A stretch of DNA of 64,000 nucleotides, taken from assembly GCF_009914755.1 (NCBI RefSeq), contig NC_060943.1; one strand, given 5' to 3'. Under the pieces are notes generated by a model, which worked only from the letters and a program-made list of their open reading frames with translations, ran no database searches and was not told where the DNA came from. This document shows, piece after piece, positions 1-16,305 of the stretch (position 1 is its first letter; every line of letters begins with the position of its first letter). The DNA comes from the human T2T-CHM13v2.0 reference genome, Homo sapiens. Both the position numbers and the translations under genes were made by a program.

Positions 1-334
1 CCTGGCTTCCATCTTGGGGATGCCATGTCCAGCTGGCTGGGCCAATGCTCCCTGGGCCTGCCCCAGGATTGGGGCGGGGAGCAGGTAGGGTGGGTGCAGT
101 CTGAGGATGGATCCGGCGGGGCTGGCCCCCAGCTTTCACTGCGGAAGGGAATGTGGGCCTCCTTGGAGCCCAGGCATATACTGTGGGCAGGAGTCCCAGT
201 GGGTGCTGAGACTCCAAGCAGAGTATGAAGACATACATGTCTGCCACCCTGCAGCTGTGTGGCTTTTTCTTATATCAGGGATGATTGTAGGGTTCCCGCC
301 CAGGGTCTGTGGGCAGAGCAGACAAGGTGGCCGT

Positions 335-850
335 GTGCATGGGCTGTGAATTGCTGCATGGATTGCATGCACAGACTGTGAATTGCTGCATGGATCACGT
401 GCACGGGCTGTGTGAATTGCTGCATGGACACATGCATGGACTGTGTGAATTGCTGCACAGATGGCATGCATGGGCTGTGAATTGCTGCATGGATTGCGTG
501 CATGGGCTGTGTGAATTGCTGCACGGATCGCGTGCACGGGCTGCGTGAATTGCACGGATCACATGCACGAACTGAATTGCTGCATGGACGCGTGCAGGGG
601 CTGTGTGAATTGCACGGATCGCATGCACAAACTGTGAATTGCTGCATGGACGCGTGCAGGGACTGTGTGAATTGCTGCACAGATGGCGTGCATGGGCTGT
701 GAATTGCTGCATGGATCACGTGCCTGTGCTGTGTGAATTGCTACACAGATTATGTGCACGGGCTGTGAATTGCTGCATGGATCACCTGCACAGGCCGTGA
801 ATTGGTGCATGGATTGCGTGCATGGGCTGTGTGAATTGCAGCACAGATAT
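335..850. repeat. Minisatellite, ~16 imperfect copies of a 29-34 bp unit (GGGCTGTG(TG)AATTGCTGCATGGATCGCGTGCAC-like)
   Basis: Tandem units directly visible; explains the repetitive HAAIH/MQQFTQ ORFs in the track. Confidence 0.95.
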
Positions 851-972
851 CATTTACTTATAGACACAGTTGGTTCCCATATCGCACACCCATGTGGCTG
901 ACCTACAAGTGAGCCAGGCCCAGAGGCTGAGGAGCAGGGGTTCACAGTGGTCCCTGACTGCTCTCTCTGCAG

Positions 973-1091
973 GTCCGCCGGGTGCTGAAGAGCCAGGAGG
1001 TGTATGAAAACTTCCTCCGCTGCATCGCACTCTTCAACCAGGAGCTGGTGTCTGGCTCTGAGCTCCTGCAGCTCGTCAGCCCATTTCTGGG
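973..1091 (+). CDS. SIN3B: SIN3B coding exon (PAH3 region, [40 protein letters not shown])
   Basis: ctgcag acceptor at 971-972, gtgagc donor at 1092; 119 nt, phase 0 to 2; translation matches the SIN3 PAH3 domain. Confidence 0.96.
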
Positions 1092-1331
1092 GTGAGCAGC
1101 TGACTTCCCAGGGCTCCCTAGGGGGGTTCTGTTCCTGTCAACTCCATCTACTTGGTTTTTAGTTACTGTTTTTGAGCAATGATTGTGCTTTTCTAAAATC
1201 CTGTTTATTAATTGACGTGATTGATATAATTATTGATTCCCATGCATTTGTAAGGAGCAATACACCACCTGGGTACCCTCCAGCTGGTTCCTTTACCAGT
1301 AACATCTGTAGTCAGTATCCTCACCAGAATA

Positions 1332-1911
1332 CAGTGGGTCCTCGAGTAATGCCTTTTCATTTAACACTGTTTTAACACCGATGAGAAAAGAAGACATTCA
1401 TTTCTGGTCTGAGTGGAGTTTGCACGTTCTCCCCATGTCTGCGTGGATTTTCTCCCACATCCCAAAGATGTGCATGTTAGGTTAAGTCTAGGTTAAGCGG
1501 TGAGTCTCCGTGGTCCCAGCCTGAGTGAGTGTGGCGGGGTGAGCGCCCTGCAGTGGGGTGGCGTCCTGTCCAGGGTGGGTGCCCCACTGGTGCTCTGAGC
1601 TGCTGGGATAGGGTCCGGCCACCCAAGATCCTGAACTGGAATAATTGGGTAAATTGTTATTTTACTTGTTTTTACTCATCTTTCTTATCTGTATGTGTGG
1701 CTTGCATTTATTTCAGTGTTTAATATTAGAAGTGTTTTGGTCTCTCTTTAGAAATTTGGTGATTGTTTTGTGACCAAAAATACGCCGTAGGAACGTCATT
1801 CTTGTTTATGTGTCAATTAGCTTGTGGCAAAATTGGTTTTGTTACACATCTTTTCAACTTAAAGACACAGCTTTCTAACACCTGTTGATGATGTTGAGTG
1901 AGGACTTACTG
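1332..1911. mobile_element. MER6A-like TcMar-Tigger DNA transposon
   Basis: Degenerate TIRs (cagtgggtcctcga / tgaggacttactg), TA target duplications at 1330-1331 and 1912-1913, internal GTGGAGTTTGCACGTTCTCCCCATGTCTGCGTGG core; family from recalled consensus. Confidence 0.75.
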
Positions 1912-2101
1912 TACTGACTCTCACACAACCCCCGTTCTTTCCAGACTCTCCGTGTTCCTCATACACGTCTGGTGTGTGTGTTTTTATACAGCTTTCTCAC
2001 TGTGGAGGGTTGTGCGTCCGCCACAGTGAAGATACTGAACGGCTCCAGGACTGTCAAGTTCTGGCCTTGACCTTTTATCTCCATCCCAAAACCCTGCCTC
2101 A

Positions 2102-2895
<794 letters not shown>

Positions 2896-3403
2896 ATATG
2901 TATATATATTATACCTCTGCTGCACAAAGAGAAGCCTCATTAGCAGGTCAGGTCTAAGAGTAGCTTCTAACCTCTGGTGGCCAGGTCAGCCTCAGGAAGG
3001 GGCTGGGACTGAGTGGAGGGGCCTGGAAACAACTGCGCACACTCGTATCCATTCTCGGGCTCACAGGAGTGTGCGCGGTAGGAGTAGGCGGGCCTGTGAG
3101 TGCTGAGACCTGGGAGCCAGCTGGGGCCAGTGTTGCTTCCTGCACATCAGCCCTGTGACTAGGGTGAGTCACTTGGGCAGTCTGAGCCTCTGTTTCCTTG
3201 CTGTAAAATGGGGATAGTAAATGTACCGACCTATGTGGGGTTCCTGAGAGCTGCAGGTGGGCGCTACCTGCAGGGCCCTTCAAATACAATAGAATCTCAC
3301 AAATAAAAGGAAAAGACGATTTTTTCGGCAGAAGGAAATGATGTAAGTCACAAACTTGGATCTTTCCTAAAGAATCGAAGAGCATGGAGAAAAATACACG
3401 TGA

Positions 3404-3702
<299 letters not shown>

Positions 3703-3776
3703 ATGATTCTTTTTTTTAATGGTTCTTGCACATGGTGGGTGCACATATTAACATGATTAGTCCATTCAGTCCTTAG

Positions 3777-4288
<512 letters not shown>

Positions 4289-4345
4289 TTGAATCAACCC
4301 TGGGGACAGGTGCTGTGTGAGCCCTTTTGCATTAACTTAAAAAAA

Positions 4346-4347
<2 letters not shown>

Positions 4348-4402
<55 letters not shown>
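4348..4402. repeat. (TG)n followed by (TA)n microsatellite
   Basis: Directly visible. Confidence 0.97.
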
Positions 4403-4613
4403 CACATAAACATTTTTCTAATGTAAAATAAAGCACAGATCCAAGAAACCACATGGCCAACAAATGGCTTGAATCTTTATTAAGCAGTCACCCATGTGCC
4501 CACCACCCACATCAAAAATAGACTCCAGGAGCACCCCCGCATACCATTCCAGTCCCTGCCCCTCACTGTGAGAGTGTCCTGACTTCAGGAGTGACCGCCA
4601 CCTGCACTAATGA

Positions 4614-5015
<402 letters not shown>

Positions 5016-5420
5016 GCCCTGGGTTTTGTTTTCTAATACATCTCGTAAGTCTCCTTTCACCTCTGATTCCCTCCGATTCTAGTCCTTACTATTTTTGTCC
5101 TGATGCCCCTCTGCCTATCCCTGTCCCTGTTATTTCTGTGATATTAGCCTCCCAGGTTTGCTCATTCATTTGGGGTTACACAGGAGGATCACCACAGCAT
5201 TTCTCACCTTTTATAAGAAGTGGCCCAGGATAGCTGCTTGATTACAGCCTTGATTCCTCCCTAGTCACGGCCTCAGAGTGATGAACTGCTTTCATATCAT
5301 CTTCCCAAGGGGACCAATTAGGTTGTTTCCTTTGTTTTTTTTTAGCATCTTAATGAATTCATGGACTTAAAATATATTTGATGCGTTTCAATACCGTTTC
5401 TAGTCCTTTTAAAGGTGAGG

Positions 5421-6014
<594 letters not shown>

Positions 6015-7437
6015 TCAGGTCGAACCCCTCTAACTTACTCTAGGACAAGCACTCATAGGTGAGCTTAGCGTGCTGTTAGGCGGCAGCCAGGGTGCTCCAG
6101 CCCCAAAGCCAGCCCTTTGCATGTTCTCTGCCTTCTGGGCACAGTGGCTGCTGGGCTTCGGTGTGTATTTTTTTTTTTAACTCAGCATTTCTTGGAAGTG
6201 TTTCAGCATCAGATGTGAACCCATGTCCTCATTTTTAAGCAACTGCACCGCTTTTCCTTCCCTTACCAGGGTCTCTAACAATGGACATTTGTCTCTAGTC
6301 CTCCCTGTAAGTGGTGTTGACAGCAAATGCTCCTGAGTCTGCGACCCTCATGGGTCAAGCTGAGCCCATCAGAAGGCCTTTCCCTGGTGGTCTCAGGCAT
6401 GCACGTGTTGGGGTGATCTTTTCAGTGGGTTTTCTTTCTTGGGCTGCTGAAGGTCTGTAAACGCCCTGAAGAACAGCCCAGAGCAGGATGGTGTTACTCT
6501 AGTCTCAGCCAAAACGGGGACTCCTGGGGTCTGTTTGTGACGTGGGTGGTGGGCACACGGCTGGGCTTTTTCTGTGGATGTGGAATGCACATTCACCTTG
6601 AGTTGCCTCCACTGGGCTTAGAATCCAGCACTCTCTGAGCCTGGGTCCCACCTGGGAAAAGGGGCCCCCAGGGGCTGTGTGTGGAGCTGGTGTTGGCACC
6701 TGGGTCCAGCGGGCACGTGACCACCCCGGGTTGGAATTGGGACTCTGCTTCCTACTAGCCAAGCGAGCCTCAGTGTCTTTGTAAAATGGCCATACCTCCC
6801 TCCTGGGTTTATCAGGAGGTTAGAGGGGAAGACAGAAGGAACATGAAAGGTGAGAATCTGAAAGGCAAGGTGCTGAACAGATGGGCAGTGCCGGAGCACA
6901 GTCAGCTGTTCTTGTTTCCATGTTTCAGCAGTAGAGACTCGTATGGGGAAGGGCGTTTGGGGAAGGGTCTGTATGGAGCAAGGTCCAGAATTGAAGCGGG
7001 CCTCTGCGTGTGCTTGACACGAGGCCTGGTTGGGTTAGGAGCGTTCACCACCATGTGGCGTTCCTCCGCGTGTTCAACCTGCGGTCAAGTGCTCAGCTGG
7101 GCTGGGCAGCTGAACACGGCCCAGGGAACTGCCCCTCGCAGCTGGCAGCCGCGTGGCAGCCAGGGTGGATCGGGTTGAGCATTCCCTTCAGAGCAGTCAC
7201 GATTTGCGTTTATCCCAGCAGTAGCCTCAGGCATCTCTGCAGCTTTTTTGTTGGTCTCTTTCCTTCCTACGTTTCCATCGGCTTGTGGGTTTTCCTTGTG
7301 AGCAGGGTTGGCATAGGGTTCTTAAATACGGGGAACGACGGAGCCCACATCAATGAGGGGGACGTCGTTATGCGAGGGTGGGCTGGGTGGCTAGGTCACA
7401 GCAGGATTGTGGCACCAGCAGTCAAAGTAACTGCAAC

Positions 7438-7885
7438 TTTTTTTTTTTTTTTTTTTTTTGAGACGGAGTCTCGCTCTGTCGCCCAGGCTGGAGTGCAGTG
7501 GCGTGATCTCGGCTCACTGCAACCTCTGCCTCCTGGGTTCACGCCATTCTCCTGCCTCAGCCTCTCCCAGTAGCTGGGACTACAGGCGCCCGCCACCACG
7601 CCCAGCTAATTTTTTTTTTGTATTTTTAGTAGAGACGGGGTTTCACCGTGGTCTCGATCTCCTGACCTCGTGATCCGCCCGCCTCGGCCTCCCAAAGTTC
7701 TGGGATTACAAGCATGAGCCACTGCGCCTGGCCATAACTGCAACTTTTTTGGTAGGATCTGATGTTACTGCTTAGAGACGGGGTCCTGCTCTGTTGCCCA
7801 GGCTGGTCTCAAACTCTTGAGCTGAAGTGATCTTCCCGCCTTGGCCTCCTGAGTAGCTGGGATTCCAGGTACACACCACCAGGTC
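7438..7885 (-). mobile_element. Young AluY-like element (7438-7733, TSD taactgcaac) plus an Alu monomer (~7770-7885)
   Basis: CpG-rich reverse Alu, long poly-T, flanking direct repeat. Confidence 0.88.
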
Positions 7886-8042
7886 TGATACTATTTTAAA
7901 CAGAAATCCAGGTGGCATTGTAGGGTCATTTGCATTAAAGCCTTCCTGTTGTCGACCACAGCCATGACATTATGACTTTCAAGCTTGTGTCCAGAGAGGG
8001 GTTCACAGAGAGAAGTCTCCCTCATGAGAGGAAGACTGTGGA

Positions 8043-8877
<835 letters not shown>

Positions 8878-9192
8878 TCAGGGGTTCCAGCTTCTGCCAG
8901 TTTAAGTCATCTTTTCTGGTGTATTTCAAAGCCTTACTGTGAGTATGGGATTAATAGGCACAGGAAGGGACCTGGTGTGTGACAGATGGGTGGGAGGCCC
9001 ATTCATTCACACACCCCGGGACTTGCAGTGACTTCCTGTGTATTGGATTCTTCCGCCTCTCATTCGCATCCATGATGTTGAATTCTGACTCTGTTTAACT
9101 TGTAATGTCCACATGAAGCCATTCTAAAATCTCCAGATCCCTCTCAGAAGGCCCTGGGGATGACCAGTTACCATGTGTCTTTATCTTTGAAG

Positions 9193-9400
9193 GAAATTTC
9201 CAGAACTCTTTGCACAGTTCAAGTCCTTCCTGGGGGTAAAAGAGCTGTCCTTCGCGCCACCCATGAGCGACAGATCCGGGGACGGGATAAGCCGGGAAAT
9301 TGATTATGCATCCTGCAAGCGCATAGGATCCAGCTACCGGGCACTCCCCAAAACCTACCAGCAGCCCAAGTGCAGTGGGAGGACAGCCATCTGCAAGGAG
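9193..9400 (+). CDS. SIN3B: SIN3B coding exon ([14 protein letters not shown]...[23 protein letters not shown]; start of the HDAC-interaction domain)
   Basis: ag/gt boundaries; 208 nt, phase 2 to 0. Confidence 0.96.
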
Positions 9401-9724
9401 GTAGCGCTCCCTGGGGCTCAAATGTTCGTTGACATGGTGCATCCCCCACCCCTCCCCAGCAAACACCCGATACCCCCGTTATGAATGAAATGCTGTGTGC
9501 TCAGCCCTCCTGAATGTTGGGTTATGGGTGGTGCTGGGATGTGGCCCGGCAAAACCACCTGAGCAGAGACAACAGTGTTGTACCCTGCTGGTAGTTTTGG
9601 CAAAACACAGAGTGCCAGGGATAACGTGGAGTTCGGCTTATTCATCTGTTATTTGACTTAGGTTTATTGCTGCCATGATTCTGCTCTGTCCCGGGCTCAC
9701 TGACCTCAGTGTGTTTCTGTTTAG

Positions 9725-9820
9725 CTTGACCATTGGACACTTCTCCAGGGTTCGTGGACAGACGATTACTGCATGTCCAAGTTCAAGAATACCTGCTGGA
9801 TTCCAGGATATAGTGCAGGG
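9725..9820 (+). CDS. SIN3B: SIN3B alternative 96-nt cassette exon ([32 protein letters not shown])
   Basis: ttttag acceptor, GGG/gtcagc donor, phase 0-0, stop-free; 32 aa equals the recalled difference between the long and short human SIN3B isoforms (1162 vs 1130 aa). Confidence 0.85.
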
Positions 9821-10030
9821 GTCAGCAAACTCTGGCCCACGGGCCCTGGCCCGCTGCCCGTGTTTGTAAATAAAGTTTTACTGTCACACAGACACAACCA
9901 TTCCTTTACATATTGCCTGTGGCTGCTTTTCTCACCACAAAGGCAGAGTTGAGTATTCATCTGGGATGGCCTGCAAAATCTGAGATGGTTGCTGTCTGAC
10001 CCTTTGCAGAGAGAATTTACCAATGTCTGA
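9816..10030. mobile_element. MER58A-like hAT-Charlie element
   Basis: Starts CAGGGGTCAGCAAACT; contains TTTGTAAATAAAGTTTTACTG..ACACAG..ACA.CCATTC. Confidence 0.75.
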
Positions 10031-10035
10031 AATGA

Positions 10036-10342
10036 AATCGGCCCTCCGGATCTGCAAGTTCCTCATCTGTGGTTTCAACTAACCATGGATTGAAAATACG
10101 TGGGGAAAGAGAAACCAAAAAATGACAATACAGCAATAAAGCGTAATCCACATTTTAAGAATGCAGTGTAACAATGATCTACACAGCATTTACATTGCAT
10201 TAGGTATAAGTATTCTAGAGATGATTTTGCATAGGATATATGCAAATAGGATTCCATTGGACATCAGGGACTTGAGTATCTGTGGATTTGGGTCTTCAGG
10301 GGTGGTTCTGGAACCAATCTCCCAGGATACCAAGGGAGTGTC
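10036..10342. mobile_element. MER2-like TcMar-Tigger element
   Basis: AGCATTTACATTGCATTAGGTAT..AAGT..TCTAGAGATGATT and GGGACTTGAG..TCTGTGGATTT..GGAACCAATC..GGATACCAAGGGA. Confidence 0.75.
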
Positions 10343-10520
10343 CACTTGACCAAAGTCATGTTTTTCCTTAAAAACTTTATGCACCTTCCCATTTGTATAA
10401 GGCAGTTGGTATTATGTATCAGGATGGTATTATGTATCTTGGTACTTTCTACACTGGCTAACAGTAAATCTTGGCTCCTGGGGCATGCAGCGTCATTCAC
10501 GGCATTTCCTCTTGGTGCAG

Positions 10521-10637
10521 GTACTGAACGACACCTGGGTCTCCTTCCCTTCCTGGTCTGAGGACTCCACGTTCGTCAGCTCCAAGAAGACACCGTACGA
10601 GGAGCAGCTTCACCGCTGTGAGGACGAGCGCTTCGAG
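10521..10637 (+). CDS. SIN3B: SIN3B coding exon ([18 protein letters not shown]...CEDERFE)
   Basis: tgcag/gtgtgt; 117 nt, phase 0-0; conserved SIN3 HID sequence. Confidence 0.97.
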
Positions 10638-10851
10638 GTGTGTGTGCTGCTGTGGCCGGGTCCCCCGGCATGTGCCTGTTCCCCTTCTCCATGGGACATG
10701 CATCCTGATCCTCCTCCACTGCCCCAGTCTCGTTTGGAGGAGCAGGAATTGCAGCACATTCCAACAGCTCCTGGAAGCTTCCTGCCGGGTCTTGCTGGCC
10801 TTTGGGCTGGCTACCAGATGGCACTTTTCTTTCTGTTTAAAAATTTTGTTT

Positions 10852-12140
<1,289 letters not shown>

Positions 12141-12255
12141 AATACACACACCCCCCCCCCCCAAAAAAATCCTCTGGTCTCTGAGGTCCCAGGCTCCTCT
12201 CTGAGGCCTCTTGAGTTCCCCAGTGGCTGACCCCGTCCTGCCTTCCTTTCCATAG

Positions 12256-12494
12256 TTAGACGTTGTCCTGGAGACGAACCTGGCCACAATCCGTGTGTTG
12301 GAAAGTGTGCAGAAGAAGCTGTCTCGGATGGCGCCGGAAGACCAGGAGAAGTTCCGGCTGGACGACTCCCTGGGAGGCACGTCGGAGGTGATCCAGCGCC
12401 GTGCCATTTATCGCATCTATGGCGACAAGGCCCCGGAGATCATCGAGAGCCTCAAGAAGAACCCTGTCACCGCTGTCCCCGTTGTCCTGAAAAG
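12256..12494 (+). CDS. SIN3B: SIN3B coding exon ([16 protein letters not shown]...VPVVLKR)
   Basis: catag/gtgccc; 239 nt, phase 0 to 2. Confidence 0.96.
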
Positions 12495-12514
12495 GTGCCC
12501 TGTGGCGTCCCGAC

Positions 12515-12570
12515 TTCCCTTCCCCTTCCCCTTCCCCCTTCCCTCCCCTCCCCTCCCCTCCCCTCCCCAC
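12515..12570. repeat. (CCCCTT/CCCCT)n polypyrimidine tract
   Basis: Directly visible. Confidence 0.9.
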
Positions 12571-13218
12571 TGCAGGGAGCCCTTGGAGAGCTCATTAGTG
12601 CTGTTTGTCAACAGGTGTCATCTCCAGGGGTGGTCTCTGAGGCCTAAGGGTGCCTTCCTGTATTTCCCAGTCTCCCACTCCTGAGAGGAGAGCACTGTGA
12701 CCTTCTAGGACTTTCCACCTTGCACATAATACATCTAGACATCTAAATAACTGCTTTAAGAGTCAGATGCGACCACTACACTGTGGCTTGCATTTTATTT
12801 AATGCTGCATTTCGGATGCCGTCCGGCGCTAGTTAACAGGCATTTATCAAGTGGTCACTTTCAGGCAGGTGCAGTGCTTGGCCCTGGGATTATGCAGCTG
12901 AGTGAGGCAGACCCAGTCCCTCTCTTGGGACTCACAGCTGAGCAGGGGACCTGAGTGGTTGAGCCAACAGCCATGCGGAGAGTGCTGGGTGCCAGGGAGG
13001 AGGTGGAGGAACCGGGAAGCCGGCCACATTGGCTCTGTAAGGCCATCACGCCCTCCCTCTGACGTGCACAGAGCCCACTGCACAGACTAGGCTGCGAGCT
13101 GGCTGGGCCTGGGTCCTGGACCCCCAGTCAAGTCCCAGAGGAAGACAGGCCAGCCCTGGGATGCTTCAGGGAGGATGCCCTGGCTTGTCCCTGGTGCTGA
13201 CCTCTCTTCCCCCCGCAG

Positions 13219-13402
13219 ACTGAAGGCCAAGGAAGAGGAGTGGCGGGAGGCCCAGCAGGGCTTCAACAAGATCTGGCGGGAGCAGTATGAGAAGGCGTAC
13301 CTCAAGTCCCTTGACCACCAGGCTGTGAACTTCAAGCAGAACGACACCAAGGCCCTGCGCTCCAAGAGCTTGCTCAACGAGATCGAGAGCGTCTACGACG
13401 AG
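13219..13402 (+). CDS. SIN3B: SIN3B coding exon ([19 protein letters not shown]...ESVYDE)
   Basis: ccgcag/gtaaag; 184 nt, phase 2 to 0. Confidence 0.97.
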
Positions 13403-13604
13403 GTAAAGCCTTCCCTAGCCCTGCCGGCCGGTGGGGGTGGGGTCCTGGCTCTCCCGACCGCCGGGTCTGTGCCTCTGTTTCCCTGGTGGTTAGGCAGGGT
13501 AGTGGCATTGCCCTTTCAGGGCTGTGTTGAGGCGAGGGTTCATGTCTCTGTGATGCCCAGCCTGTGGCCTGCCCTAGGAGAACCAGCAACTCTGCCATTG
13601 TCTA

Positions 13605-13900
13605 TCTGTTTGTTTGTTTGGAGACAGAGTCTCGCTGTGTTACACAGGCTGGAGTGCAGTGGTGTGATCTCAGCTCACTGTAACCTCAGCCTCCTGGGTT
13701 CAAGTGATTCTTCTGCCTCAGCCTCCTGAGTAGCTGGGACTACAGGCGCACACCACCACACCCAGCTAATTTTTATATTTTTAGTAGAGATGGGTTTTCA
13801 CCATGTTGGCCAGGCTGGTCTTGAACTCCTGACCTCGTGATCCACCCACCTCAGCCTCCCAAAGTGCTGGGATTACATGCGTAAGCCACCGCTCCTGGCC
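13605..13900 (-). mobile_element. Alu (TSD ctctgccattgtct)
   Basis: Reverse Alu with flanking direct repeat. Confidence 0.92.
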
Positions 13901-16305
13901 GACTCTGCCATTGTCTAGCGAAGTCTCCGTCCCTCCCGTGGGGCAGTGATGGACTTTGGCTTAGGTAGTGGGTGGCAGCAGCCTTCATTTCTTTCTTGCC
14001 GACTGTGCCAGGCACCGGTGTTAGCAACACAGAAAGAGTAATGCATCATCTGACCTCACTCCTGAACCTGACTCTGCTGCGGCATTATTCTGATTTTACC
14101 AGTGGGGAAACTGAGGCACAAGAGGTTGCATTTGCCTGGGCTGGTCGCAGGGGGCCAGGGCTCTGAGTCATTGGGTTCGAGGCTTTCGGCTGCATGTCCT
14201 CACTGCAGGCTCACAAGGCCTGAGTCATAGAACCAAGGCCAGCGGGGCCCTCAGGTTGCCAGGAGCTGGGCCTGTTAGTAGCTGTGTGTAGGGAGTGCCT
14301 GCTTGCAGGATCCTGAGGTGGGAAGCTTGGCAGGGTGCCGGGCGTGGTGATAGCCAGCTGTCGGGAAGGTCCTTGGACACTCTGAGGAGGTGGCTTAGGA
14401 GGGCACACTACTCCCCAGGCAGTGCCCAGATCATGGCACGGGCTGCGTTATCAGCCTGGTGCCCACCTGGGCAGGGGGTGTTGCCTCACCTGATTTGGTT
14501 TCTTGCTCCTGTCACTGCACAGTGAGCGGTCACTCCTTCTTTTACAACACAGAAACGGAATCCACAGGAGCCGGGCTGCTGGCCCAAGGCCTCTCCCAGA
14601 GCCTGTGGGACTGTGGGGACCCCCTTCCCTCCCACCTCCCTTCCCGTGGGCCACCCTCGCCCCAGGCCCACCCACAACCACTCTGGCTTCCTCACTCTAG
14701 TCCTCGGCGATCCTCAAGCCCAAGACCCCGTATAGGTTCTGTGGGTCTGTGGTGTCTGCAAAGTGCAGATGATGAAGTAGCCCTGGAAATCCACCAATGC
14801 GACCCTGAGTTCCTGGATCCCTCCCTGGGGCTGGGGCTGACAAAGGGAGGGGCACCAAGGTTCATATGCAGATCTCTGCACATGCAGGTCCTTGATGAAT
14901 TCCAAAGTCAGAACCCCATTCCATCACGTGATTTACAAAGCATGGTTACAGATCATGGACATGGGGACCCTGCTTCAGAGGGGACTGTAAAGGAATTTTC
15001 AGAGTGTTTATGGCATAAATGAGACCTGGGGGACTTAGGAAGCAGTCAGAGGGCGATGGTCACACTGAAGAGCCCAGAGCAGGGCTGAGCGTGCAGACTC
15101 CTAGGAACCAGGTCAGTGTGCTTGGCCCTACCAGCCTCTAAGCCGCCTTGCAGGGGAGGAGGAAGGGAAACCTCAGGCTGCTAGGAGACCCGGTCCTTCC
15201 CTCGGGAGCCTGCAGAGATGGCATCCACGCTCATTTTCCCCAAGAGCCCTGCTGCGTCTGCCTCCCTGCCTTGGACTGAGGGGGTTGGGGCTGCCCAGCA
15301 GAGGCCCTGGGTGCCAGGACAGTGGTGTGGGAGGCTGGAGGAAGGGGTGATTGTCTAATGGTGTGAGGGAATGAAAGTCATGATCTAGATAAAGACCAAG
15401 GGGAGGGGTGAGCCTGGGACAGGGTTTTCCAGGGAGTGAGAGCAGATGGGCATGTGCAAAGGCCCTGCACACGCAGGAGGGAGCTTGGCGCGGTGAGGCT
15501 GGAGGAGCTGTGGAGGGGCACATCAGGGGCCGGCGTCTTCTGAGCAGCCTGGGAAAGCCTGAAGGGCATTAGTTGGGGTGACCATGCTCCTGTGGGCCAA
15601 GTCACCCTGGACCCAGTGAGGAGAGTGGTTGGAGCAGGCTGGTGGGAGCTGGTGGGAGGGCTGGTGACATGATGGTGGTAGCAAGCACGTGCAGGGGCTG
15701 GCGGGGACAGCAGCGGAGGCGGGGGCTTGGTGACGATGGGCGTGCAGGTCTTCAGATGTGAGCAGTTGCAGGCCTTCCGGGTAGTAGATGGAGGGCAGAG
15801 GCAGAGAGGTCACGGCTCACCCTTTGCCTCCTTGACTTCATCGATAGCATGGTGTGGGCAGCCCCGGTCGAGCTGGAATCAGGCGCCACCGTTGCTTTCA
15901 GTAGGAGGAGGTCAGCCTCAGAGGCTTCTCCATGCTGAGCCACGGGGCCCCGTTCTGTCCTGGAGCTGGGCTGAGCGACAGACCCAGGCTTGACGCTGTC
16001 AGACCCCCTGTGAACCCCGCCCCACATCTCAGAATCCTCTTGGCTCCTTTGTCTGGGGTCCCGGGATGACTTGGGTCTGCCTCACTTTCGGAGAGGGGAC
16101 CAGGAGCACATGGGGCTGCACAAGAGGTTGAGGCAAGCGACCTACCCCCCAGGCCCTGCTGCCTCACCGATGTTCGCCACCCATCCTGCTCTGGGCAGCG
16201 CTCATCCACCTTGGTGGCCCAGTTAACAGCGAGTCGTGAATGGGCACTGGGGGTCCTCTGGGTGCTGGGTGGCTTTCCACCTAATGGCCGCCCTTCCCCC
16301 CACAG

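Noticed and set aside
136-810. Repetitive His/Cys-rich ORFs, or a CRISPR-like repeat array
   Set aside because: Translations of a minisatellite; units are contiguous with no unique spacers and no cas genes; the DNA is human
14164-14227. Two AP-1 TGAGTCA sites 57 bp apart
   Set aside because: 7-mer matches are common; nothing else supports an enhancer call
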